This document shows positions 28,733 through 38,696 of a stretch of 64,000 nt of DNA, one piece after another. The notes under the pieces are model-generated. The model searched no databases. It was not told where the DNA came from and saw only the letters and a program-made list of their open reading frames with translations. A program made the translations under genes and the position numbers. Numbering within the stretch: the first letter of the stretch is position 1; each line of letters begins with the position of its first letter. This DNA comes from an uncultured candidate division Zixibacteria bacterium (GTDB lineage Bacteria; Zixibacteria; MSB-5A5; GN15; FEB-12). The stretch lies in the NCBI GenBank assembly GCA_963664195.1, contig OY760907.1, forward strand, positions 1,632,001 to 1,696,000, in the 5' to 3' direction.

Positions 28733-30625
28733 TTAGAACGCCTCCCCAACGCTAATATGTAACTGCGCGCCGGTGTCAACATCGGCAACCGGCCAGGCGA
28801 TGTCGAATCGGATGGGGCCGATAGGGGTGCTCACTCGCAGGCCCAGACCCGCAGAGTACCGAAGGTCATCCATATGAAACGAGTATGTCCCAGCCCACAC
28901 GTTACCCAGATCGTAGAGAAACACACCCGACAGCAGTCCGTAGATAGGGTACCGAAGTTCCAGACTGGATTCGAACAGGGTGTTGCCGCCGATAGGAACG
29001 CCGTCATCGTCTGCGGGACCGATCTCGGCTCGTGCCCAACCGCGCACGGAGGAGCTTCCTCCAGAATAGAAACGATCCTCGACAGGTATGAACTCCGGGT
29101 CATCTCCTGAATTGATACCACCCGCTTTGACTCGCCCGGCGACTACGACTCCAAGCACTTTCTGGTAGCGACGAACGTCAAGAAGCAGGCGGGTGTAATG
29201 AAAATCGCTACCCAGCCCCAGCCCGCTTATGGTAAACGCACCGGCAGCGTACGTGCCCCGGTCGGGAGAGAACATCGGCGCCGAATTGTCGAATGTTAGT
29301 CCAAACACCATGCCGGACTTCTGGTACAGGTCCTCAAGTGAGCTTTGGTAGGACTCCAAATCTCCCAGAGAAGTTGTATCCAAATCAATGCGCTCGAACG
29401 TATAGGCTACCGAGCCGTGCAGATGTGCCGCAATTTGATGGAGCAGCGTGGCGTGGCCGCCAAAGCGTACTTGATCAAAAGCCGGTTCTCGCTGACGCAG
29501 TAAAAATGGGCTTATCTCCAGCGTTGTGTAGCTAGTAAGAAAGGCTGGCTGCCGGAGCTTCAGACTCACATGATACGGTTCAATGTCGGAGTGTTTCAGA
29601 TAGAGATTCAGTTGCCTTGCCCCGCCGAGAAACCCGAGCAGGCGCGAATCGGAGTAGACACGAAATTTCTCCTCACGGCCATAGCCAACACCTATTCGAG
29701 AGGACAGCCGGGGGGCCTCATCAATCCTGACATCAACCGGGACGATGGAGTTCTGTTCAGAGCTGAGAAGCGCCTTCACCGTCACTACATGAAACATGGA
29801 AAGCCCGTAGATGCGGCGCTGGGATTTCTCCAGGGCTGTTCTGCTGTAAATGTCACCGGATTTGAAAGTCAGTGGTTTTCTGACCAACCCCTGGGCTGCA
29901 TGTTGAAGTCCGGAGACAGTGATATCTCCGAATCGACAAATCGGCCCGGGGTCTATGTGCCAGTCGATATCGACCTCTTTTGAACCACGATCAACCGACA
30001 AGCCTGGCTCGGCCTTTGCATATGGATACCCCATATCCTCCAGCCTGCGAACGATTGCCTCCTGATCCTGGTAGAGCAACGAGTCACGAAATCTTTCTGA
30101 CGTTTGCGTTCGCAGTCCGCTCAAAGCCTCAGAGAAGTCTCCGGCGCCGGGTTGAATGGAATCTGCAACCACTCCTTGCAGAGAGAACTGCATTCTGCGA
30201 ACTCGTATGGGGGTTCCTTCGGTTATCCTGATGAGGATTCGGACACTGCGGCCGTTGTCATTGGTTCCCAGGTTTGCAAGCTCAACGCGTACATCGAGGA
30301 AGCCTTCCTTCTGGTATAATCGCTCAATCCGTTTCAGGTCGCTGTGGAGAATATCCTCACTGAATAGAAAGGCATCTTTGCCGAGGATTTTGCGCTTGAA
30401 GCCAGAGGTGGCTTTAGTGGACAAGAGGGAATTAAGCTGGGCATCGGAGAGCGTTGTGTTACCGTCAAACTCCAGACTGTGTACCTCATAGCCTGCCTGA
30501 GCCAGGAGTCCGGAGGGCGCTGCGACCACAACCAACAGGAAGAGAACTGCGGCAAGGAAGAGGCACTTCCGGGAGAAGCTGCATGTGTCCAGATCAGTCA
30601 ATTCGTAGATACCTTCCGGGGTCAT
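28733..30625 (-). CDS. tamA: Omp85-family outer-membrane protein, TamA-like (3 POTRA + barrel)
   Basis: POTRA repeats (FDGN, LYQKEGF, GYPYA), RFYSGGSSSVRGW, GLRVSTPIGPIRFD, C-terminal F. Confidence 0.85.
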   Translation of the reverse strand: MTPEGIYELTDLDTCSFSRKCLFLAAVLFLLVVVAAPSGLLAQAGYEVHSLEFDGNTTLSDAQLNSLLSTKATSGFKRKILGKDAFLFSEDILHSDLKRIERLYQKEGFLDVRVELANLGTNDNGRSVRILIRITEGTPIRVRRMQFSLQGVVADSIQPGAGDFSEALSGLRTQTSERFRDSLLYQDQEAIVRRLEDMGYPYAKAEPGLSVDRGSKEVDIDWHIDPGPICRFGDITVSGLQHAAQGLVRKPLTFKSGDIYSRTALEKSQRRIYGLSMFHVVTVKALLSSEQNSIVPVDVRIDEAPRLSSRIGVGYGREEKFRVYSDSRLLGFLGGARQLNLYLKHSDIEPYHVSLKLRQPAFLTSYTTLEISPFLLRQREPAFDQVRFGGHATLLHQIAAHLHGSVAYTFERIDLDTTSLGDLESYQSSLEDLYQKSGMVFGLTFDNSAPMFSPDRGTYAAGAFTISGLGLGSDFHYTRLLLDVRRYQKVLGVVVAGRVKAGGINSGDDPEFIPVEDRFYSGGSSSVRGWARAEIGPADDDGVPIGGNTLFESSLELRYPIYGLLSGVFLYDLGNVWAGTYSFHMDDLRYSAGLGLRVSTPIGPIRFDIAWPVADVDTGAQLHISVGEAF

Positions 30626-30965
30626 CGTTCCTGCGTTTATACCATACCGGCGTAGTCGGAAGACAAGGACGCCGCCAGCGATTCACAGCCGCTACTCTCT
30701 TACGCGTTTTCGGACAATTCGGATGAGCGAAGTTGAAATCTACGGCACAGCCCGTACTCTGGCAACTGCCATTTGGCAGTTTTGTTCTCTCTGTCTTGAA
30801 ACCGGTCTACGGATATTTCCTCCGGCGATCCGCCAGCAGAGTCTCGCGCTCTCTTGACTCCTGGAATCTCCCTTGACAGTTGGTGTGGAATCTCATACTC
30901 TTTGACGCGTCTTGACCGTCTCTTTTGACCAACAGCTTCAGGAGTATCGTTCCGGAAGGACTTCT

Positions 30966-31229
30966 ATGGCAGGTATGGACAATATAACTTTTCTCGGTTT
31001 GGTTGCCGGTGCGCTAACCACAGCGGCGTTTCTGCCTCAACTGGTCAAAGCCTGGAAATCTCGCTCCACAAAAGATATATCTTTGCTGATGTATGTGGTC
31101 ACTTGTACCGGCATCTCTCTGTGGCTGATCTACGGTTTATGCATAGGTTCCCTGCCTGTCATATTGGCTAACGCAGCCACGCTGCTGATCGCGATGGCGA
31201 TACTGATTCTGAAAATCAGATTTCGTTGA
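30966..31229 (+). CDS. SemiSWEET (PQ-loop) sugar transporter
   Basis: LTTAAFLPQLVK, STKDISL, LWLIYG, PVILAN; 3 TM helices. Confidence 0.92.
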   Translation: MAGMDNITFLGLVAGALTTAAFLPQLVKAWKSRSTKDISLLMYVVTCTGISLWLIYGLCIGSLPVILANAATLLIAMAILILKIRFR

Positions 31230-31375
31230 CGCCTCGCCGCCAGATCCTGAATCGAAACGACAGGTCGGCCCGGGCAGAAGAGTGATCCCGCAATTGCGCT
31301 CAGGTTTCTGTCGGCACTATACATTTGCGTGAGTGTGTCGACTCATGCTGCCAGGTATGCCCCCGATTGTTCTTG

Positions 31376-31404
31376 TTGCATAAACGGACATGGCAGACTA
31401 CCAT
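31376..31404 (+). promoter_or_regulatory. Putative sigma-70 promoter
   Basis: TTGCAT-N17-TACCAT upstream of the caspase-like gene, bracketed by the inverted pair TTGTTGCA/TGCAACAA. Confidence 0.4.
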
Positions 31405-31454
31405 GATACAGTACTGCAACAAATCTCACACCACTTTATCAAAAAGGAGCTACC

Positions 31455-32351
31455 ATGCAGAGACTTCTTCTTATGCTGCTGACCTGTGCATTGCTGCTGC
31501 TCGCCTTCGGTTGCGATCGCACTGCTCCAACTTTGACTGACACCGCGACGGGCGTCGATCATTCAGTAGGACTGGTCGAACGTCCACAGTTCGTTGAGAC
31601 CCGTCCACCCGAACTCGTTGAAGCTTTTACCATGAAGCTCGACAAACCACTGCCCCCCGTTATCCTTCACAAGAAACCGCCCAAACCGCCGGATACATCC
31701 ACCAGCGGTGATCCAAACCCTAATCCGGCTCACAAATATGCTTATGTCGTTGGGATTTCAAACTACGAAGGCACTGCCAACGACCTGGACTACTGTGATG
31801 ATGATGCTCAGGCAATGAAGTCCTGGCTGCAGAGTGAAGGTTTCACCTGCAATATGGATCTCGATCTGCAGGCGACGGCCAACAACATCATGGCAGGGCT
31901 CCAGTGGCTCATCGATAATGCGGCTCCAGGCGATGAGGTGGCTTTCTGCTATTCCGGTCATGGCATGAGGTCATCTGAGGGATCGGCCATCATCTCATCC
32001 GACCTGTATTACATCCCTCACGGTTACTTGATGTCATATTTCAACATGATTAACTGCACCAAGAAGTTGGTGACTATGGATGCTTGTGTGATCGGCGGAT
32101 TCCACGGCGATGTCGAGAGTGGCACGTACATGGCCACGGCCTCAAACCGCAAGAACTCGTACGACGCTCCTGACCTCCAACAGGGTGCCTGGACCTACTA
32201 CTGGCTCAACGGAGTTGAGAATCAGGGTCTGGTGTTTGCCGAGGAAGCAGCTCCTTATGCCGAGAGCGGCATGAAGGCCTGGGCCAGTGCTTACGGTGTC
32301 CGAGTCGATCCGAAACACAGCGACGACTACTCGGGAGACATGGATATGTAG
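31455..32351 (+). CDS. Caspase-family (peptidase C14) lipoprotein
   Basis: Lipobox LAFGC; Pro-rich linker; YAYVVGISNY, DLDYCDDDA, FCYSGHG (His) and MDAC (Cys) dyad, GAWTY. Confidence 0.85.
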   Translation: MQRLLLMLLTCALLLLAFGCDRTAPTLTDTATGVDHSVGLVERPQFVETRPPELVEAFTMKLDKPLPPVILHKKPPKPPDTSTSGDPNPNPAHKYAYVVGISNYEGTANDLDYCDDDAQAMKSWLQSEGFTCNMDLDLQATANNIMAGLQWLIDNAAPGDEVAFCYSGHGMRSSEGSAIISSDLYYIPHGYLMSYFNMINCTKKLVTMDACVIGGFHGDVESGTYMATASNRKNSYDAPDLQQGAWTYYWLNGVENQGLVFAEEAAPYAESGMKAWASAYGVRVDPKHSDDYSGDMDM

Positions 32352-32381
32352 CTCGGCTGACTTTGGTCCGCCAGAATCGTC

Positions 32382-32408
32382 AAGGCCCGCTCAGATGAGC
32401 GGGCCTTT
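32382..32408 (+). terminator. Rho-independent terminator
   Basis: AAGGCCCGCTCA-GA-TGAGCGGGCCTTT. Confidence 0.65.
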
Positions 32409-32780
32409 CCATTATCGCGCGACAGGCTCTCTCTGTCAAACAGGATGTCCCCTTTTCCATATTTCTGTTGAACAAGTCACTTGCTTTGCCCGTCCAATCT
32501 ACCGAACGATGGCCGATGGCAAATCGGCAAATGGCCCTGCGATCTCGCCCGGCTTCACACCATCGCCCGGGTATGGTCAACCGGTTCGCACGACACGAAC
32601 TGTCGGGTGACCTACTTGGAGACAGATAAAGGAAAGAGAAAGAATGACTTAGTGCCTCTTGCGCGACACCTCTCTCATTCCTACTGACAAATAGACGGTT
32701 TTCATTTTGACGAGGGGAGAAGGTTCCAGTCTTCAGAACCTGATTCCCTGTGTTCTCAACGATTGTAATGGAGGAATGCA

Positions 32781-35345
32781 GTGCGTTATCGACTCGCCTT
32801 GACAGCTTTGCTTTTCATCTTTGTGGTTGGCGCCGTGTCTGCGGCAGAACCCGTTCTCGTGGACACCAACGGCTATCACCCGATCTGGTCGCCCGACGGC
32901 AATCGGATTGCGTTCACTTCCGGTCGGGGCGGTGAAATCGGTGTCTGGATTCACTATCTGGACAGCAATGTCACGCATCAATTGTTGACCGGCAAGTCCG
33001 GGGATCACCACATCTCCTGGTCGCCTGACGGCACTCGAATTGCCTTCGATGCCTACGGCCCGTCAGGCCCGCCGGATATCTGGTACATGTCGGCATCGGG
33101 AGGAACACCGACGCGAGTGACGACCGAACCGTGGGGGGATGCACAACCACGGTGGTCACCGCTCGGTGATACGCTGCTCTACAATTCGGGGGGGCAGTTC
33201 TTCACGATTGCCCTCGACGGTACCGCGAGGCAACAAGTGACGTTTGAGTCTGACGAGGTGGGTTGGGGTGCCTGGTCCAGGGACGGACAGAGAATCGCCT
33301 ATTGCGGAGTCGTGGATGGAAATTGGGAGCTATTTCTGAAGCCCCGCAACGGGGGGACGGCTACCCGCCTCACTAACAACACCTACCGGGACAAAGAACC
33401 TACCTGGCACCCTGACGGGGAATACATCCTGTTCAACTCCGACCGTGCCGGTACGGAGGACATCTGGTTGATGCCTGACACCGGAGGGACTGCTATTCAG
33501 TTGACCGACTACCCCGGCAGAGAGAGTTTCCCTGATTGGTCCCCCGATGGCCGGAGTATCGTTTTTACCGCCGAAATAGGGGGCGTGAGCGGTATCTGGA
33601 GGCTGGACCTTGACGAGTTCAGTGCCGTACCCGATGTGGCGCCCTCGATGGATTCCGGGGGCTCATGGACCGCATGCTGGACCGATATCGACAGCGACGG
33701 GTTCGATGATATCTTTGTCAGCAATCTGTACTCTGATGATTTTCTCTATCGCAATCTCGGCGACGGGACTTTTGCACGGGTTACCGGCACGTCGGTGAAC
33801 GAATCCGATACGATGGCATTCATATCCGGAGCGGCGGCCTGGGCCGACTACGACAACGATGGCGACGAAGACCTGTATGCCACGACGTTCAAAGAAGGTG
33901 CACCTCCAGGTAATCGACTGTTCACTAACGAAGGGGATTGGACGTTCACCAGAGTGGCAGCAGGGCCAGTGGTGGCCGATCCCGGTATGGCGGTATCGTG
34001 TTGCTGGGCGGATATCGATGCCGACGGCAGATTGGACCTCTTTGCAGCCGCGCATATGACTGAGAACTTTTTGTATCGCCAGACCGATACGGGTTTTGTC
34101 AGGGTGACGACGGGGGCCATCGCAACGGACATTTCGCATTCCAATCACGCAGCCTTCTGTGATTTCGACAACGACGGCGATCAGGACCTGTTTGTGGCGA
34201 ACGCCTGGAAGAACAAGCAGGACGCCCTGTACAAAAATAACGGCGACGGCAGCTTTGAAAAAGTGTCCTCGGACGCTGTGGTTGATCCAGTATACGACAG
34301 CTACGGCGGCAATTGGGCCGACTACGACAACGATGGAGACATGGATCTGTTTGTGACTGCCTCACCGTCGTGCAAACTCTACCAGAATCAGGGGGACGGC
34401 TCTTTTTCCGAGATCACTGATCAGCCGATGACGTCCACAGAAAGCTACGCGGCGACCAGTGTCTGGGGTGATTTTGACAACGACGGCGATCTGGATATGG
34501 TGCTGGGGAGGGGCACTTACTTCGATTTGGCGGCCAACAGCTACTACGAAAATCAGGGCGACGGAAGCTTCGTTGCGGCCGCAGCCGGAGCGTTCACTGC
34601 CGATTTGAACGCTCCTGAAGGTCTTGCAACGGCGGATTACGACCACGACGGTGACCTTGACCTGTTTCTTGCCAACTGCTACAACACTAATTCCCGTAAC
34701 ATGCTCTATCGGAACAACCACATCGGCAACAACTGGCTGCAGATCAGGCTTGTTGGCCGGACGTCCAACAGGTCGGCAATCGGAGCACGAGTGAGAGTTA
34801 GAGCCGTCATCGACGGGAGAACAGTCTGGCAAACGAGAGACATAAGTTCACCCAATGACAAGAACAGCGGCAACAGCCTGCGCATGCATTTTGGTCTGGG
34901 GGATGCGTCGACGGTTGACTCGTTGGTTGTTGTCTGGCCCAACGGATGGCAGGAAACTCTAGAAAACGTGGCTGCGAATCAGTTCTTGCAGGTCATTGAA
35001 GGTGACAATTCGGATACGGACGGTGACGGGCACCTGGGGGCCAACGACAACTGCCCGTCGGTCTACAATCCCTTGCAGGAAGATGCGAATAGCGACGGCG
35101 TGGGGGATGCCTGCTGTTGTGCGGGACCGTCGATGGGTAACATCGACGGCTCCGCCGACGAGTTGGTTACGATGGGCGATTTGACTACGCTAATCGATCA
35201 TCTGTTCATAACGCTGGTACCGCTTGGCTGTCTGAATGAAGGGAATGTAGATTTGAGTTCCGACGGTCTGGTGACGATGGGGGATCTCACCACGTTAATT
35301 GATCACCTGTTTATCAGTCTTGTCCCGTTGCCCCCGTGTGTGTAA
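32781..35345 (+). CDS. Secreted multidomain protein: PD40/TolB propeller, FG-GAP/VCBS repeats, ASPIC/UnbV (CRTAC1-like), TSP3 repeat, dockerin-like tail
   Basis: Repeated WSPDG..IAF; repeated DYDNDGDxDLFV; NRSAIGARV...HFGLG...VVWP; DGDGHLGANDNCP...DGVGDAC; duplicated GNxD...LVTMGDLTTLIDHLFI. Confidence 0.9.
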   Translation: MRYRLALTALLFIFVVGAVSAAEPVLVDTNGYHPIWSPDGNRIAFTSGRGGEIGVWIHYLDSNVTHQLLTGKSGDHHISWSPDGTRIAFDAYGPSGPPDIWYMSASGGTPTRVTTEPWGDAQPRWSPLGDTLLYNSGGQFFTIALDGTARQQVTFESDEVGWGAWSRDGQRIAYCGVVDGNWELFLKPRNGGTATRLTNNTYRDKEPTWHPDGEYILFNSDRAGTEDIWLMPDTGGTAIQLTDYPGRESFPDWSPDGRSIVFTAEIGGVSGIWRLDLDEFSAVPDVAPSMDSGGSWTACWTDIDSDGFDDIFVSNLYSDDFLYRNLGDGTFARVTGTSVNESDTMAFISGAAAWADYDNDGDEDLYATTFKEGAPPGNRLFTNEGDWTFTRVAAGPVVADPGMAVSCCWADIDADGRLDLFAAAHMTENFLYRQTDTGFVRVTTGAIATDISHSNHAAFCDFDNDGDQDLFVANAWKNKQDALYKNNGDGSFEKVSSDAVVDPVYDSYGGNWADYDNDGDMDLFVTASPSCKLYQNQGDGSFSEITDQPMTSTESYAATSVWGDFDNDGDLDMVLGRGTYFDLAANSYYENQGDGSFVAAAAGAFTADLNAPEGLATADYDHDGDLDLFLANCYNTNSRNMLYRNNHIGNNWLQIRLVGRTSNRSAIGARVRVRAVIDGRTVWQTRDISSPNDKNSGNSLRMHFGLGDASTVDSLVVVWPNGWQETLENVAANQFLQVIEGDNSDTDGDGHLGANDNCPSVYNPLQEDANSDGVGDACCCAGPSMGNIDGSADELVTMGDLTTLIDHLFITLVPLGCLNEGNVDLSSDGLVTMGDLTTLIDHLFISLVPLPPCV

Positions 35346-35402
35346 GTGTAGCAAGGATAGCATAGAGTCTCGAACGATCCCGTTTTCAGGAAGGAGCCAC
35401 TA

Positions 35403-36032
35403 TTGAGTTCAAGGGAAACTCCCTCCAATCGCGCTTGCGAGATTGTGAGATGTGGATACGATCAGCTTGCCACGGCCTATGCCAGGGAGGGAGAACGGCT
35501 CGACAACTAGCGCGAAATCAAGGCGTTCACATCGGAGCTTCTCGAACACGCAAGAGTACTCGACGCCGGGTCCGAGACCGGTCTGCCGGCAGCCGAACAT
35601 CTTGTCACCGCCGGTTGTGAGGTCGTCGGACTTGATTTTTCGGAAGCAATGCTATCCGTTGCCCGAGAGAACGTACCGGGGGCAGAATTCCTTCGGATGA
35701 ACATAGTAGATATCGATCTGCCTTCGGTGTCATTTGACGGTGTGATTTCCTGCTATGCGATCATTCATGTTCCGAGGGAGAAGCACGCCGGTATTCTTAA
35801 GTCGTTCCACAGGCTTATCAGACCGCGGGGTGTGATGCTCGTCTCGGTGGCCGCCTGGGCTTGCGAGGAGATAGCAGACTATCTTGGGCGGGAGATGTTC
35901 TGGAGTCATTTCGATCCCGCACAGACGGAGTCCCTGATAGTAGACGCCGGGTTTGAGATCGAATTTAGTCGTAATGTTGTAGGCGGTGGCGATGAGCACC
36001 GCTGGGTTCTTGCCCGGAAACGCTTGATATAG
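35403..36032 (+). pseudogene. Class I SAM-dependent methyltransferase, interrupted
   Basis: RBS AAGGAG and TTG 35403; frame reads IVRCGYDQLA...RLDN*REI with in-frame TAG at 35508-35510, then RVLDAGSETG (damaged motif I), GLDFSEAML, FDGVIS, IIHVPRE. Confidence 0.8.
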
Positions 36033-36169
36033 CCTGCCGTTACTTCACCTCATTCGCCCCGAGCCGAAGTCTCATCGGGAGCGCAAGATTTCATTTGAAT
36101 CAACCGTCATGAGATTGTATGTTATGCTGTATCACAGCCCATTCGGCTATTCGTAGAGGGATATCAAAT

Positions 36170-37306
36170 ATGGGGAGCAGGAAGATGGAGACGCACTTTG
36201 CGTCTGCGGAACGATCCGTCGATCAAACATTGGAAGCAGAGATAATTCAGGCCAGTACCAATGCGCTGATAAGTTCCCTGATGAATATAGTGAGCGGTCT
36301 CCTGCTTGTGCTCAACAAGCGTCGGCAGATCGTGGCCATCAATGAGACTTTTCTGCAGATGCTGGGAATCGATGATCCCGAAAAGGTTCTTGGCGTACGT
36401 CCGGGAGAGGCTATTGAGTGTATCCACGCCAACCTGGAGCCGGGAGGCTGCGGAACCTCTGAGTACTGCTCCTCATGCGGGGCGGCGATCGCCATCGTCT
36501 CCTGTTTGAGCACGAATGAGCCGGCTGAACGCAAATGCGCGGTTACGGTGGAACTGAGTGATAGGAAGAGGGACCTCTATTTCAATGTGCGTGCAGTCCC
36601 GGTCACTCTGACCGACGAGCGTTTCGTTCTACTATTCATGCACGACATATCCAATGAACAGCGGTGGGCATTACTGGAGCGTGTATTCTTTCACGACATC
36701 AGCAACGTGTTGCAGGGGTTGGTCGGTAAGAGCGAGTTGCTGGCGATGAAAGAGGAGGAGAGTGGACTTGCGAATGAAATCCTGGACCTGTCAACGCGCC
36801 TGGCCAAGGAAATCGGGATTCAGCGAAGTCTTTTTTACTCGGGAATCAGCACCTATTCGCCCGTTCTCCAGTCTCTCCCCGTGTCGCAGATACTGAGTGA
36901 GATCAAGCTCCAGTTTTCCGGGGATGCAGCAGCGGCAAAGAGGACACTGGTCTTTTCCGAACCGGTACAGGAAATGACTGTGAAGACGGATATTTCCCTG
37001 GTGACCAGGGTGCTTGGCAATATGCTCAGGAATGCGATTGAAGCATCCGATGAGGGGGATGAAGTGAGGCTGAGTGCCGAGCGTGAAGACGGTGTGCTCG
37101 CTTTCTGTGTTTGGAACAGACAACCGATCCCTCCGGAAGTATCCAAGAGGATTTTCCAGCGCAATTTCTCGACCAAGGAGGGGACAGGCAGGGGCCTGGG
37201 TACGTATTCCATGAAACTGTTTGGTGAGGACATTCTTGGTGGCACAGTCGATTTCTGGTCCTCGGAAGCGAGCGGGACTGTCTTTCGCCTGCGATTAAAG
37301 GTCTGA
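36170..37306 (+). CDS. Cytoplasmic histidine kinase with Cys-rich PAS-like sensor
   Basis: RPGEAIECIHA...GGCGTSEYCSSCG; H-box FFHDISN; GNMLRNAIEAS; FQRNFSTK; GRGLGTY. Confidence 0.88.
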   Translation: MGSRKMETHFASAERSVDQTLEAEIIQASTNALISSLMNIVSGLLLVLNKRRQIVAINETFLQMLGIDDPEKVLGVRPGEAIECIHANLEPGGCGTSEYCSSCGAAIAIVSCLSTNEPAERKCAVTVELSDRKRDLYFNVRAVPVTLTDERFVLLFMHDISNEQRWALLERVFFHDISNVLQGLVGKSELLAMKEEESGLANEILDLSTRLAKEIGIQRSLFYSGISTYSPVLQSLPVSQILSEIKLQFSGDAAAAKRTLVFSEPVQEMTVKTDISLVTRVLGNMLRNAIEASDEGDEVRLSAEREDGVLAFCVWNRQPIPPEVSKRIFQRNFSTKEGTGRGLGTYSMKLFGEDILGGTVDFWSSEASGTVFRLRLKV

Positions 37307-37494
37307 TCCCTGGTGATTGCGCACAATCTTTCACCTGGTCTGATATTCGTGTCTTAGATGCGGTAAGTTCCACTTCTCTCTACAAACAACGAAACCATGA
37401 TAGGGTCGGTGCCGTAGTGACCGCTATGCTGTATGCGTCAACCCAATCTTTCCGAGTTGCCTTGGAACAAATGTACTACTGAGGATCAGTTACT

Positions 37495-38064
37495 GTGGAT
37501 ACAACAAAGAATCTTGAGCGAGTCAGATTTCTCGAAGGGAATCGGATATTTCTCACTTCTGAGTGTGCTGACGACTTTGACGTTTTCTCTCGCTGGGAGC
37601 ACGACAAGGAAATGCAGGCTTTGGGCGGTGTGACCCATACGGCGAAAAGCCCCGAGCGATTGCGTAAGGAGTTCGATGAGCGGCGGCAGGAGGACGACGT
37701 GATTCTGCTCACGATCATCATGTCCGACACCGGCGCTCAGGCAGGTCTTATCAATCTTTTCAGTATCAACCGGGCAACCGGAGTGGCGGAATGGGGACTG
37801 GTGCTGGACAAGGCATATCGCCGACAGGGAATTGGTTTGGAGGCGTCCCGGCTGCTGATTGGATACGCTTTCGATACCCTCGGTTTGCGCCGACTTACTT
37901 CGGAGACTCACTCGGGCAACGAGGGATCGCAGGCGCTTCAGATGCGTCTCGGTTGCGTTCACGAAGGGACGTTGCGCCAGGGGGGCTGCATCAACGGAAA
38001 GATAGTCGACCGTCTGTTTTACGGGCTACTCCACGAAGAGTACAAACTTGCAGCGGGACAATAG
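37495..38064 (+). CDS. GNAT N-acetyltransferase (RimJ/RimL-like), tandem copy 1
   Basis: AEWGLVL, YRRQGIGLEA, AFDTLGLRRL, NEGS, EGTLRQ. Confidence 0.88.
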   Translation: MDTTKNLERVRFLEGNRIFLTSECADDFDVFSRWEHDKEMQALGGVTHTAKSPERLRKEFDERRQEDDVILLTIIMSDTGAQAGLINLFSINRATGVAEWGLVLDKAYRRQGIGLEASRLLIGYAFDTLGLRRLTSETHSGNEGSQALQMRLGCVHEGTLRQGGCINGKIVDRLFYGLLHEEYKLAAGQ

Positions 38065-38077
38065 AGGATCAACCACA

Positions 38078-38650
38078 ATGGATATGACAAGGAACCTTGA
38101 GCGAGTCCGGTTTCTCCAGGGCGACCGGCTGTTTCTTACTCCTGAATGCATCGACGACTATGACAACTACTATCGCTGGCAGAACGATAGAGAGATTCAG
38201 GCGGGTGACGGCAGCACTTATCGTCCCCTGGGACCGGAGAAAGCTCGGAAGAACTTTGAAGCTCAACTCGAAGACAAAGGCTTCATTCGTCTGAGCATCA
38301 TCATGTCCAACACGGGTGCGCATGCCGGACGGATTTGCATTTACGATATCGATCCGCAAGTTCGGGTTGCGCAGTGGGGATTGTTGCTGGACAAAGCGTT
38401 CTGGCGTCAGGGAATCGGCACCGAAGCTGCCCGGTTGCTTCTGGCGTACGCCTTCGGCGATCTCGGCATGCGCAAAATGCACTCGGTTACGAACAGCGGC
38501 AACGTGGCGTCGGTGAAGTTTCAGGAAAGCCTTGGTCTGGTGCAGGAAGCGTGTCTTCGGCAACAGGAGATCATCAACAACCAGAAGGTCGATCAGTTGC
38601 ATTTCGGTATGCTGCGAGCGGAGTACGAGGAGCAGATCGGTAGGGGGTGA
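38078..38650 (+). CDS. GNAT N-acetyltransferase (RimJ/RimL-like), tandem copy 2
   Basis: FWRQGIGTEA, AFGDLGMRKM, NVAS; N-terminus NLERVRFL shared with copy 1. Confidence 0.88.
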   Translation: MDMTRNLERVRFLQGDRLFLTPECIDDYDNYYRWQNDREIQAGDGSTYRPLGPEKARKNFEAQLEDKGFIRLSIIMSNTGAHAGRICIYDIDPQVRVAQWGLLLDKAFWRQGIGTEAARLLLAYAFGDLGMRKMHSVTNSGNVASVKFQESLGLVQEACLRQQEIINNQKVDQLHFGMLRAEYEEQIGRG

Positions 38651-38696
38651 GTTGATAGCCAAGCCTGTGATCGGCAAATCCCAAGCGCGTGCCTCT

